Positions 39,476 through 52,893 of a DNA stretch of 64,000 bases are shown here, piece after piece. This DNA is from Eledone cirrhosa. Taxonomy: Eukaryota. The notes below the pieces were generated by a model. The model saw nothing but the letters and a program-made list of their open reading frames with translations. It made no database searches and was not told the DNA's origin. The DNA lies in contig OZ024740.1 in the NCBI GenBank assembly GCA_964016885.1, positions 194,990,001-195,054,000 on the forward strand, given 5' to 3'. A program made the position numbers and the translations under genes. Every line of letters starts with the position of its first letter. The first letter of the stretch is position 1.

Positions 39476-40875
39476 TATGAGTGTGTAAATCTTTTTAAAA
39501 AGTCACACACACACACTTATATATATATATATATATGTATATATATCATCATCATCATTTATCGTCCATTTTCTATGCTAATGCCATATATAAATATCAT
39601 CATCATTGTTTTAATGTCTACTCCCCCTGCTAGTAAGGATAAACACTAATGGGTTATTATGTTTGATGGTTTCTAATTTTGGTACAAGGTCAGAAAACCT
39701 TGTTTTTATTATATCAACCCTGGTACTTGTTATGGCCCCTTGAATAGCTGAGAGAGAGAGAGAGCAATTATTTCAAAGCATCCTATCTAATGCTCAAACA
39801 AATCTGCCAGTTTACCATTATAGATACTTTGCCTAGAAGGATGAAAAGCACATTCAACAGGATTTTGAACTTTCAGTGTTGGAATCTATACTGCAAGGTA
39901 TTTTTTGTAAAAATTCTCTAACGATTCTGCCAATTCATAATTTAAATCAGTATTTTAGTTCTCAACATAAGGATAAAAGGCAAATTTGAAATTGGCAGGG
40001 TTAGAATTCCAAGTGCAGAGATCCAGTATAAACAGTAATTCTGTAAGGCATACCATCAAATGTGTTAACCAGCCTGCTAATTTGTCACCTTTATTACATA
40101 ACTCTTTACATAAAGAATATATTTAAAACAAATAGCAATATGTTTTCTGTGCAAGCTAGCTGAGCGCAAATTACTATTTGACGAGTAAAATTTGAGTGAA
40201 AGTTAATACATGATCAACAAACATTTATCTTCTGCTGATTCTCTATAACAACCATAATACTCTTGATATTCTTTTTTATTGCTGTTGTTGTTTTGGGGGT
40301 CTTTCTATTGGCTGTCCTTTTTTGTCTTATCTTTCTTTTTTCATTGCTTCTACATTTCATTTGCTCATCAATCTTTATTTATATTTATATTTGTATTAAT
40401 TTTTGGAAGTTTTATTTATCTATTTATTTCCTTTCTTTTTACTATAAACAATTTTTTTTTCTAGCAAAAAAGAATTATTGAAAAGACAAAAAAAACTGAC
40501 AGGAAATAATCCTTGTTTTGTTGTTGCAAGGAAAACAAAGCTTCCTGTTTGGAAAAGAATGGAAAAGTAAAAAAGGTGGTGGTGGTGATGTGTGGTGGTG
40601 GAGGTGATGGTGGTGGTTGTGGTGGTGATGTGTGGTAGTAGAGGCAGTGGTGATAGTGATGATGGTGGTGGTGTGTGCACATAAGGAGGGGTAGTGATCA
40701 AAATATGAATTCAAGAATGAACAGAACAAAATGAAATAACAACCAAAGATTTTTATCACTTTTACCACTTTAAAGAATATTTATGTCTATCTGGTTACTA
40801 TAAACAATATAAACATGTGTTTTATGCTGAGAAATATACCATATTGAATGATCTTGAACTGAATTTGCCAAGAAA

Positions 40876-40931
<56 letters not shown>

Positions 40932-42957
40932 GTATCTATGTATATATGTGTGTGTATATATATATAAATATATACATATAAAGTAAAGAGAAATAACAAA
41001 GCAATCGATACAGTACAACAAAGTAATATATTAGTTTAATGCTTGAAATAATAGGCAAAAAAATTCTGTTCCTTCCACTTCTTACTCTCTAGTTTCCTGT
41101 TTCATCTTTTATTTCTTCCTCTATTTTCTGATGATGTACTAGTGTCTGAAACATAAAGACTCTTTTCCTACCACATAAAGCACTAAACTAATATATTTCT
41201 TCATTGTACTGTGCTGTCTGCTTTGTTGTTTCTGTTTACTTTGACCATATATATATATTGTGTGTGTGTGTGTGTATCCCAGGTTCAATCGGAAGTAACC
41301 ACACATTAAGTAAGATAGTCATCCTTCGAATGAAACAGTACTAGACCTATAGAAGCCATTCTATATTAAACATTATATATATATATATGTATGTGTGTGT
41401 GTATATATATATACACACACACATATATATATATATTTATATACATACATACACACACACACACACACACTCCAATTTTTTTGCCACACTGCAAATAGTC
41501 TTGGCAAAGACTTAAATATTACCCTTCTTATCTAAAATACAGAGCCTGTGTGCTGTGTGCTTAGCATGAAGAAACTGTCATTTTATTTAGCTTTCACTTT
41601 AGATGATGCTAAAGCAAAACAAAGCATAAATGGAAGAAAATGAATATATATAACACATCACAGATTCCTGTTAGAGACGAAAACAGTAGTGACTACTATA
41701 ACTATTCAACCCAGTTGGTTATTTGAAACCTTTGTTGTGACATATCACCAATATACCATGGTTCAATATTTGCTAGTAAATACTTGCCACTGTAGTATGT
41801 CACAGTTTTGTTCAACTCTAATGTGTTATAAGTATTATAGTAACTTCACAGTGATACAATCTCATTACTCTCCACTTTGCTTAGTTGAGCAAATTTCATT
41901 TTTGTTACAAAAATCACATAATTGCGTAATTACATTTTTAGATCTCTCGTTAAACTGCCGTTAATTTAATTGTCACCAACCAATCAGTCTCTAATAGAGA
42001 TTAATAATAATCTGTATATTCTCTTGTGCTCCTAACCCAAAACTAGTTCGTTCAACTCATTTTGCAACATAACTTAGAATATGCTACAAATGTTACTCCA
42101 TATGTATCTAGTGCAAAGTTAATAATGATATGAACTCATAAGCAAATACTCATCTATATATGGAAGGATCTTGCTCTTAGGAGCAATGCAGTTACATTCC
42201 ATGTAAGTATTTGTAGCTACATGGTATGAACTAATACATGTATTGGCCATGCATACGGACCAGTGTTGGTATGGAATTTAAATTATAGTCATTAACACAA
42301 CATATAATCCCTACTACTGATTAAGTTAGCTGGGATTTGTGAAAATAGGAAGTAAATGAAAATTTTAAGGTTCCTTATCACTAATATTGAAAAAGATCAT
42401 ATGCCTGTGTGTGTCTGTATCTGTGCACATGACTCTGTGTGTGCGTGTATGTGTGAAAGAGAGAGAGAAATATTATTTAATACATAGGCATATTGGGTGG
42501 TTAAGAAATTGGCAGGCTCAATCTTATGTATATCTTGAGCAAGTATCTTTTCCAATAGGGTTGACTCGAGCCATGTGAAGATAACTAAGTAAATGGAAAC
42601 TATCCCAATGTGGGTTCAATGAAATGTACCTGTAATTCAAAGGTCCAGCCTTGTCACACACGGTCACATTGATCATCATCATCATAATCATAATTTTACG
42701 TCCATTGTTCCATGTTTGCAAAGGTTGGATGGGTCCTTCTCAAAACAGCAAATCTCCAATTATCGCATTCCTTTGTCATCTCCTATTCCTAGGTGGTTGA
42801 CAAATGAACTGAGATAACCCAGGATTGAAAGAGGTCTCTTTGATCTGATCAAGGACTTAAACTCTCTAGTGGTGGTGTTAATGGAAAGTGGATGGTAACT
42901 GAATGGAGAGAATACAAGGTAAAGAGTACTCTTCTGTGAACAAATGATAACTTCTCT

Positions 42958-43375
42958 AGTGTTGGTGCCATGATAAAATGCACACAAAATACTCTGTAAA
43001 GTGGTAGTGCTGATGCCACAATGAAATACTGTAAAATAGTAGTGCTTGTGCCAAGATAAAATACACCCAATACATTCTGTAAAGTGGTAATGCTGGTGCC
43101 AATATAAAATGCACCCAATACATTCTGTAAAGTGGTAGTGCTGGTGCCAAGATAAAATGCACCCAATACATTCTGTAAAGTGGTAGTGCTGGTGCCAAGA
43201 TAAAATGCACCCAATACATTCTGTAAAGTGGTAATGCTGGTGCCAATATAAAATGCACCCAATACATTCTGTAAAGTGGTAGTGCTGGTGCCAAGATAAA
43301 ATGCACCCAATACATTCTGTAAAGTGGTATTGCTGGTGCCAAGATAAAATGCACCTAACACATTCTGTAAAGTAA
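42958..43375 (+). repeat. 48-bp minisatellite derived from an RTE-type 3' UTR unit (~8 copies)
   Basis: GTGGTAGTGCTGGTGCCAAGATAAAATGCACCCAATACATTCTGTAAA; RTE-like tail follows at ~43485-43530. Confidence 0.9.
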
Positions 43376-43988
43376 ATGGAATTAGAAAAAAGCATTTAGC
43401 CATAAAAACCATGCCAAAATATGGATAATACAAGCAAAACATAACTAACTGATTTAACTTGTCTGAGAGCTTGTGAAGACAAGTCTAACCCATGGAAGCA
43501 GGGAAAACATACATAGTGATGATAATGATGGTGGTGGTTGTTGTTGTGGTGGTAATGTGTGTCTGCGGTTGTGTATGTATGTATGTGGGGGAGGGGGAGA
43601 AAGAAAGAGAAAGAAAGAGACAGAAAGAAAGTGAAAGAGAGAGAGAGAGTGATGTAGAATTTTGTTAAGAATTGAAATATAGTTCCAAAGTAACAATATA
43701 AAATACAGCTATTGCATATTTTAGCTTATCAACATGATATATCAACTAATTTGTCTACAGGCTGCTTATGGCTGAGAGAGAGACAGTCACATTGAAGAAT
43801 GATAGATAAATGCTGGGACTAAAATAAAATAAAAGAATTCAATACAAAATAGAAAGAAACATCATTCATGTTATCAGCTACTTTATTTAGTATTTCTTTT
43901 AGTTTTATTTCAATTTTATTTTATTTTTCGTTTTGTTTTACCTTATCACTCTCTCCCAAGGATATTATGTAATGACAATATATATATA

Positions 43989-44080
<92 letters not shown>

Positions 44081-44152
44081 CGTATGTATGTATGCGTATA
44101 TATATATATATACACACACACACATATATATATATATGTGTGTGTGTTTATA

Positions 44153-44198
<46 letters not shown>

Positions 44199-44777
44199 CA
44201 CACATATTCATACTCTCCACACAGACACACACTGAGTAATTTTACAAAATCTATGTTCTTCAAGACTTTGTCATTATTTCAAACATTTTCTCCTTTTGTT
44301 TGTTCTTACTAATGTCAGCACCCCTCTCCTTTGCTTTACTTCGTGTGGGGGTGGAGGGGAGAAATGTCTTTTGTATTCTTTTATTTATATTTATTTATTG
44401 CTCTCTATAGTTTTCTTCCTGTTTGTTTCATTCCTCCCCACCAATGTTTTTTTTTTTCAATGATACTACTGTGTAAATGTCAACATTTGTTTTGTTTCTC
44501 CCACCCACTGTAATACAAAGAGATGACATGGTCATCCTCTTTACTTTAGGTTGTTGTTGTTGGTGGTGGTGGTGGTGTTTTTGTGGTTGTTATTATTTGT
44601 ATTTTTCTTCTTTTTTTTACAATCTGAATTCAAATCCTAACAAGGTCGACTTGGAATTTCATCCTGCTGGTATCAATAAAAATATAGTGCAATCGAAGCA
44701 CTGGGCTCAATTTAATGGACTCTCCCCTGCATCAGATTTGCTGACTTTGTGCCTAAATTAGAAATTATTATTACTTC

Positions 44778-45232
44778 AGAACTGGCAGAATTGGTAGAGC
44801 ATCGGACAACATACTTAGCAATATAGAGTTATAGCCCTTTATGTTCTGAGTTCAAATCCTGCCGAGGTTAGTTTGCCTTTCATCCTTACAAGGTTGATAA
44901 AATAAAAAAATAAAGCACCAGTAATACACTGGGGTCGATTTAATTGACTTTCCCCTTCCGCAAAATTGCTGTCCTTGTGCTATAGTAGAACTCATTATCA
45001 CTGCAGGAAATTGATAAAAGTGATATAGCATCAAACATAATGCTCTGCAGCATTTCTTCTTGCCTTCTACTTTCAGAGTTCAAATCCCACTGATGTCAAT
45101 TTTGCCTTCCAGCCTTACAAAGTCAATAAAACAAACGACCAGTAAAATCCTAGGGAAGGTGGGTCGAATTAATCAACTGTTCCTCTAACTCCAAATTGCT
45201 GGCCTTGTGGCTAAATCAGAAACTATTATTAT
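44778..45232 (+). mobile_element. Tandem older Meta-domain-like SINEs
   Basis: Two GAGTTCAAATCC B-boxes, each followed by TTTGCCTT..ATCC and the AAATTGCTG.CCTTGTG tail. Confidence 0.7.
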
Positions 45233-45743
45233 TGGAAGGAAACTGCAAAATTGTCAGTACATCAAATAGAACATTTGTTGTGTCGGATTATGTTCTGAGT
45301 TCAAATTCTCATGACTTCAATCAGTGGTTAATTATCTCTCTTGGGCTTAATAAAATAAGCTAAATCAATCTAAGGCCTTCACACTCCTGTTGGAGGAACC
45401 CCTCCCTGGTTGACCTCCACTGCTTTTGGTTTTGGCCATGTCAGGGGTATAGCCATTCTCACCATGCTTGGAGAATTGCAGGTTGGCAAGGCTATTTAGC
45501 CCATAGTTGGGATGAATGGTTTTGACTCGGGGGGGGGGGGGGGGGGGGGGTCATCCACTTTATTAACAACTCTTGTTTTTTGTGCTGCTGGAGGTTTCAC
45601 TTACCCTCCATACCAGACCAGGATCTGATAGGGGAGCCAGTTTAGTCATTGAACACTTAACCGTGAAGTATGCTGATGATAATGTTGATAGTATCTTTCC
45701 TCCAGTAGTTGTTATTATTGTTGCTACTGCAATTGTGGTTGCC

Positions 45744-45936
45744 AATAATTGTTTCTACTTTTTGGCACAAGGCCAGCAATTACCCAGTGCATTACTGGTA
45801 CTTTATTTTATCGACCCCGTAAGGATGAAAGGCAAAGTTAACCTCGGCGGGATTTGAACTCAGATCATAAAGGGACGTAACTCTATGCTTCAAAGCATGG
45901 TGTCCGACTCTCTACCGATACTGCCAATCCACCACC
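45744..45936 (-). mobile_element. Meta-domain-like SINE; near-identical partial copy at 49931-50093 (-)
   Basis: Reverse complement of the 13471 family; both share CAGATCATAAAGGGACGTAACTCTATGCTTCAAAGCATGGTGTCCGACTCTCTA. Confidence 0.88.
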
Positions 45937-47081
45937 AATAATGATGCTTATTGCTATTGGTGTTGTTGCTTTTACTTTTGTTGTTCTTGCTGTTGTTGTC
46001 ATGTAAGTCTGCCTTCAGGTGATTTTAAATTTTATTGTTGTTGCTCTTGATGTTAATTTTTATTATATGCTATTATTCTTTTTTTTTTTGTAATTGTTGC
46101 TATTGTAATAACAGTTGTTGGTTTTGTAAATTTTCAATAATTATTGTTGTTATTGTTTGTTGTTATTCCAATTTTAGTTATTTTAATTGTTATTAGTTTT
46201 GTACGTTTTCAATATTTCCTATTATTTCATTTCATTTTATATTTTAGTTTTTTTTTTGTTGTTTTAATGTGATTGTGGTTGGTGTTTTAATGTGATTGTG
46301 GTTGTTGTGGTTGTTGTTATTGTTTATTTTATTGTTGCTATTGTTGTTGCTGCTCCTACTGCTGTGGTTTAAATTTCTTCTTTTTTTTCCCTTCGCCACA
46401 CACATTCTTTCAAGTATATATCTATTTTGCTTGATTCTGTGATTGTGTATGTTTCAGTATGTGTATGTTTCAATATGTGCATGTATGTGTGTGAGTGTAT
46501 GTATGTATGTATGGTTCAGTGTGTGTGGGAGAGAGAGAGAGATAGTCTATGTGTGTGTGTGCTTGTGTATGATTCAGTATGTGTATGAATGTATGTGCAT
46601 ATGAATCAGTATGTGTAAGTGTATGTAAATAGGCATGTGTGTGAATATGTGATTGTGTGTACAAGTGTGTATGCTGCCTTTCTCTAGATGCAATACACCT
46701 TGAAGACAAAGAGGTGTTATTTTGATGTGAATGTAAAGCCAGAAGGTGGAAGAAGAAAGAGGAACAAAAGCAAAACAAAAAGCATCAAAGCAAAAGCTAA
46801 GAGACAGTATTTGTAATGATTATGATGTTTCTTCTCAACATACATTTGTACCCACCCACACACAGACATATATATATATACATACATACACACACACACT
46901 CACACACATATATATATATATATATATACATACACACACACATATATATATTTATACACACACATGCATATATATATATATATATATATATGCATACACA
47001 CACACATATATATACATACACACACCCACACACATATATACATACACACACCCATATATATATATACACACACACACATGC

Positions 47082-47116
<35 letters not shown>

Positions 47117-47232
47117 AGATACAAGTGGAAAGTTCAGCAATGCAAGAGAAATTTACATTGGTGGCAAGTTATAACTGTAATCCAGCTTTGCAGTTTTGTT
47201 TTTCAGTTGAATATTGATGTCTAATATATGTG

Positions 47233-47289
<57 letters not shown>

Positions 47290-49131
47290 GAGGGACAATC
47301 CCAGGTGGACCAAAAGTAAGTAATGTACTGAATACATTGTCTTGTAGAAGCCATTTCTAAATTATATTTGATATATAACATTTTGGACACAAGTCCTTTA
47401 TCAGAAGATAGACTTAGAAATAGAAGATAAATAGAAAGAAAAGAGTGATGAGAGGAAGGAACAAGGAAAATGAGGGGGAACAAAATGGGGAGAAAAAACA
47501 CACGTATATTCAGTCAGCCATCTTGGAATATATAGGAACACAGCCAAATATATTTAGAAGGAAAGGTGTAATCAAGTGTATTGACCCCCATAATAAGACT
47601 GTTATGTTGTTGATTTAAAAGGGTGGAAGGAAAACTGAACTTAGGTAGGATTTGAACTCAGAATGTTAACAAACATTGACTTCTAACATTGGAAGATTCC
47701 TCAAATCTTGAGGAAGTGATTTTGATTATATCAGTGACATAATATTTCTGGCATTGTATGTTATCAACGGGATGAACTCCTCAGTCAATGGCTATCCACC
47801 ACAACTATAGTTTAAATAGCCTCACCAACTCGCAACTGGGCAAGTATGATGAGCATGGCTACACCCCTGGCTAGTACCAAAACCATATAGAAGGGGTGGA
47901 GGTCAATCAGGGAGGGGTTCTTTCAACAGGTGTGTGAAGGACCTAGTTTGGATTGGATTATATGTTATCAAATGTGAAAGGATAAACAGTTAAGTCAGCC
48001 TCACAGGAATTTGACTGAAGAATGTAAAGGGCTGTAACTAGGTACTGATTTTTTACATAAGCAGGTGATAAACTTTTAAGGAAAGTGTATTATCAATTAT
48101 ATTGACATTAGGACATCACTGATATTTTATTTTATAGACCCTGTCCAAAAGGATATAAGGCTAAGTTGATCTTGGTGATATTTCAACTCTGAATAGTTGT
48201 AACTAAATATCTAAATACCATATAGCAATTTGTTTGATGCTTTACCGACACTGCCAATCACTGATGTCAGAATATTGGCCACTCATTGTCACAAGGATAT
48301 AAATTTATAAAGTTTATATTAGTTTGTTCTGAAAGAAGAAGCTGTGTCCATGATATTTGGCCCTCTAAGAGTGATGTGACTAATATTCCACATAAACTGC
48401 TACAGATCAACGACGATAGAAAAGTCATATGCAAACCCAGAGAGGCATGTACCTAAATAATGCTGCAGCCAACCATATTTGTATTTATAACAATGGAAGG
48501 ATGCTCTGTACAACAATATTGGAAAGTTCTGACAGTATATGCTTTTAATCAAAGGTCTACCAGATCAGTGCTGACCTGCAGCTAAACAATAATAACAACA
48601 AAAGCAGCAATAACACTGCTACGAACATCATCAACAATAACAACAATTATTTAAAGAAATTATTCATGGACTTACATTATATATACACTGAACAGCAAGA
48701 CCAGAATATGTGATTTTTTTTCATTTTTTTTACTCTCATTTATCAAACAGTTCCAGAGAATAAGATCCTTCAGGATTTTATCAAAATTGCTATAGCTGCA
48801 AGTTCTCAAGTTGCACAGCAAGAAAATTAGTCTGCAGAAGCCAGAATGCTCATCCATCAATGATATGGACCTGATTCTTTGCCATTCTATATTATTTTTC
48901 TATTTTATTTTTTCCTTTATGATTAGTGCTTTTCATTTTTCAACATATACATACTCATCATATACATACTCATACTTTCAACATATACATACTCATACAC
49001 AGATACAAATACATGTATATGTAATACATGAAAAAATTGAAGTTTCCTTAGTAAATGTGCATATATGTATGTGTATATATATATGTGTGTGTGTATAGAC
49101 ATACACACACACACATATATATGTGCATGTG

Positions 49132-49185
<54 letters not shown>

Positions 49186-50232
49186 TCAGTAAGCCTGCTT
49201 CAGTACTGACTTGGTCTTTGTAAACCCATCCAATCCTTGCTAGCAGGGAAAAATAGTTGTTAAAACAATGATATTGATGTCATCCTCACATGCACATGAG
49301 TGTGTGTACAACTTGAAATATATATATATATAAATAAAAAAGGATCTTTGGTTTTGTCAAAGGAGCAACAACCTCTCTAATGTTGATGATCTACATGATT
49401 AATGCATTCAATACACACTGTGTAGTGGTTGGAGGTAAGAAGGGCATCTGGTTGTAAAAAGCTTGCCAAACAAAGAGTCAGTAGGACCCTTCGATTGTGT
49501 CAAAGCAATGACAATCCCAGAAGTGTTGGTGATCTACATGATAAACACATCCAGTATACACTATGAAATGGCTGGTGATAGTGAAAGCATTCAGCATAGA
49601 AAAATTTGACAAACAAAGGGTTTAGAAGTCCTTTCAGTTGTGTCAAAGACATAACTGTCTCCTTAGTGCTGGTGTCATGATAAAATGCACATGCTAGAAT
49701 GTGGGATCATATGTAAGCGAGATGTGGGTCCCAGCCAGTCTGAAGAGTTAGTAGCCCTGATTGAATACTGACTTGGTTTGTGACGACCTGCCCAACTCAT
49801 GCTAGCAGGGAAAATGGATGTTAAATGATGATGATGATATATATATATATATGAGAGAGAGTGTATATATATCATAAATATCAAGTTTACATGTATTTAT
49901 GCACATGTGTGTCTATACATAACATCAGAATAATTGTTTCTATTTTAGGCACAAGGTACATTACTGGTACATTACTGGTACTTTATTTTATCGACCCCGT
50001 AAGGATGAAAGGCAAAGTTAACCTCGGCAGGATTTGAACTCAGATCATAAAGGGACGTAACTCTATGCTTCAAAGCATGGTGTCCGACTCTCTAACATCA
50101 GAATAATGAAGTTTTTCCCTTCTCATTTATACAAGTATATATAAGTATGTGTGTGTATATATCATCATCATCATCATCATTTTATGATGATGATATATAC
50201 ACACACATACTTATATATATGTGAGTGTTTGT

Positions 50233-50265
<33 letters not shown>

Positions 50266-50327
50266 CACACACACAAAGTCTTACTGAAACTGAATTGCAA
50301 TGTGTTGCAAATTACTTTCCATAAATA

Positions 50328-50361
<34 letters not shown>

Positions 50362-51130
50362 CACATGTGTGTATGTGTGCACATGTGTGTGTGTGCATGT
50401 GTGTATGAGTGCACACGTATGTATGTGTGTGTGTGTGCCTTTCAGCTTATGTGTTGGTTGATCTATCTTTATGTATGTATGCATAAACTAAAACTAGTCC
50501 AATCTGTGTTCTATATAAACATATATTTCAAAGGAGCTGTGGTCAAAAGCACACAATGTTTTCTCACTAGATATCAAATTTATTTTACTACAGAAAAAAG
50601 ATGCTTGTCTCTTTGTTGGTGCTGTTGTTTTTTCACTCTCTTTTTTTAATTTTAATTTTTTTTTTACTTTATTCATATCCTGGTTTACTTTGATACACTG
50701 AACTTCCACTTTATCAATTAGTTTAATTTTCTTTTTCTTTTCAAAACTGAACACATTTTTTTTATTAATATCTTTATTTATTGATTGATCTGTTTATTTA
50801 TTTGCTTATTTACTTAACCTCCACCTCTAGTTAGTTTCCAAAAATTTGCAGTTTCACTTTTATACCTAACTTGGCAGCAATTCTGCAGCATAAGCCCTAT
50901 CATATATCCTACTATTTATTATTTTGATTTTGTTTTATATTTAGAGTCAAAGTAGTAAAGATAAAGGTGGTGAATTGGCAGAATCATTCAAGCATCAAGC
51001 AAAATAACCTGCACTAATTGTTCCAGCTCTTTCTGCTCTAAATTCAAATCCCAGGAAGGTCAATTTTGCCTTTCATTCTTCCAGTTTTGACAAATAAAAT
51101 ACGAATCAAAAGTTGGAATCAATTTCTTTC

Positions 51131-51315
51131 TCTCTCTCTAATCAGGAAAGGCATAGACTGTTGGGATCAAATACTCCCCCTCTCTCTCTCTCTTTCTTCC
51201 CTCTCTCCACTCTCTCTCTAGTCAGGAAAGGCATAGACTGTTGGGATCAAATACTCCCCCTCTCTCTCTCTCTTTCTTCCCCCTCTCCACTCTCTCTCTA
51301 GTCAGGAAAGGCATA
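51131..51315. repeat. 80-bp tandem duplication (2.3 copies)
   Basis: TCAGGAAAGGCATA at 51142, 51222 and 51302. Confidence 0.9.
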
Positions 51316-51681
51316 CAAAAACTGCACAAAAGAGATCTTAACCAACCCATGCAAGGACGGAAAAACAAAAATGATGATGATGATGACAATGGTGGCGCAC
51401 ACGCACATATACATAATGGGATTCTGCAAGGAACCAAATTTTACTGACAAGGAATTGCTCAGCCTCAAGGTACAGTAGAAAACCTTGTCTCAAGATACTG
51501 TACTGTAGAAATGATCTTGAATTTCTTAATCATATGACTAGCAAGCTCAGTGCCCAATGATAAGATGTGTGGTGGAATGATTATGATGGTGACTATTTTA
51601 CATGACCCCCCACTCCCCACCCATAAACACACTCAAATCATTATTACTTACTGTGATTGGAGGCAACATGCTTTCAGATTA

Positions 51682-51729
<48 letters not shown>

Positions 51730-51732
51730 GGA

Positions 51733-52352
51733 TGGTGGATTGGCAGTACCAGTGGAGCATTGGAAACCATGCTTTGTGGCAAAAAGTAACGACTTTTTTG
51801 CTTTTTTGCGAAGTTAGCTTTGCCTTTCATCCTCACGGGGTTGATAAAATAAAGCACCAGTAATGCACTGTGGTTCAATTTAATTGATTTTCCCCTTCAC
51901 CCAAATTGCTGGATTGTGCCTATATAAGAAACCATTATTATTATTATTGCAAAATTTGTTCCAGTATTTTATATTTCGAGTTCAAATTCTGCCATGGTCA
52001 ACTTTGCCTTTCATCCTTCCTTGGTTGACAAAATAAAGTACCAGTAATGTACTGGTTCCAATATAATCGACTTTCCACTTCCCACAAATTGCTGGTCTTG
52101 TGCTAAAATTAGTAATCATTATTATTATTGCAAAATTTGTTCTGGCTATTTGCATTCGGAGTTCAAATCTCATCTGAGTCAACTTTACTTTTCATCCTAT
52201 AAAATTTACTTTTCAACCAGTAAAATAAAGGAACAGTTAAATAATGGGGTCAATGTAATCAGCCCTCCTTCCTGGAGTTGCTGTAATTAGACTCCCCCAC
52301 CTCCCCAAATAAAAAATAACTGCTGGCCATGTGCCTAAATTAGAAACCGTTA
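51733..52352 (+). mobile_element. Cluster of three tandem Meta-domain-like SINEs
   Basis: Three successive TTTRCYTTTCATCC..AAAATAAAG..TGCTGG.YWTGTGC modules. Confidence 0.75.
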
Positions 52353-52893
52353 TCATTATTGTTGCTGCTACTAGTAGTAGTAGCAGCAGCAGTAGTAGTA
52401 GCAGTAGCAGCAACAACAGCAGCAGACAATTAAATTCAAACTATTCACTTAGTTTCTTGAACATTATGTAGAATGCAGTAAAATTGTCTTTTACCATTCA
52501 CTGAATCTAATGTGACAATGAATAAACCATGTAGGAAGTATAATGAAAACGGAATCACAGAGCTAAGGATAATAACAGCGAGCAATGAATAACACAATAT
52601 ATAAGTCTTAGATTTTAATTGGTTGTATTGCAGTAAAGGAGAACTGGACAGAATATAATCCTATCAGCTTTGGTGGGCCTTCAATGGAATTTACTAGTGT
52701 AGGCAGAGATAGGTTATAGCTTACTGTAAGTATATCCATGGTGACAGCAAAGGTTGCCAGATCAATTTCATTAAAACTAGACAAAAGTTTTCCAAAAGCA
52801 ACAAATTGATTGTATTAAAAATTATCCCTAAATGAAATTTTGCTAGTAAATAGGTGCCTGTGTGTACACACACACACACTATATATATATATA

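Noticed and set aside
42958-43375. CRISPR-like periodicity
   Set aside because: Units are contiguous with no unique spacers, there are no cas genes and the context is eukaryotic.
42760-43442. Three overlapping repeat-protein ORFs
   Set aside because: By-product of a 48-bp tandem unit from a LINE 3' UTR.
46688-46816. Short basic ORF after an AG (MQYTLKTKRC...); similar exon-like stretches at 1700-1882 (-), 57924-58072 (-) and 63723-63852
   Set aside because: No homology recognised and no consistent exon chain; cannot be distinguished from chance.
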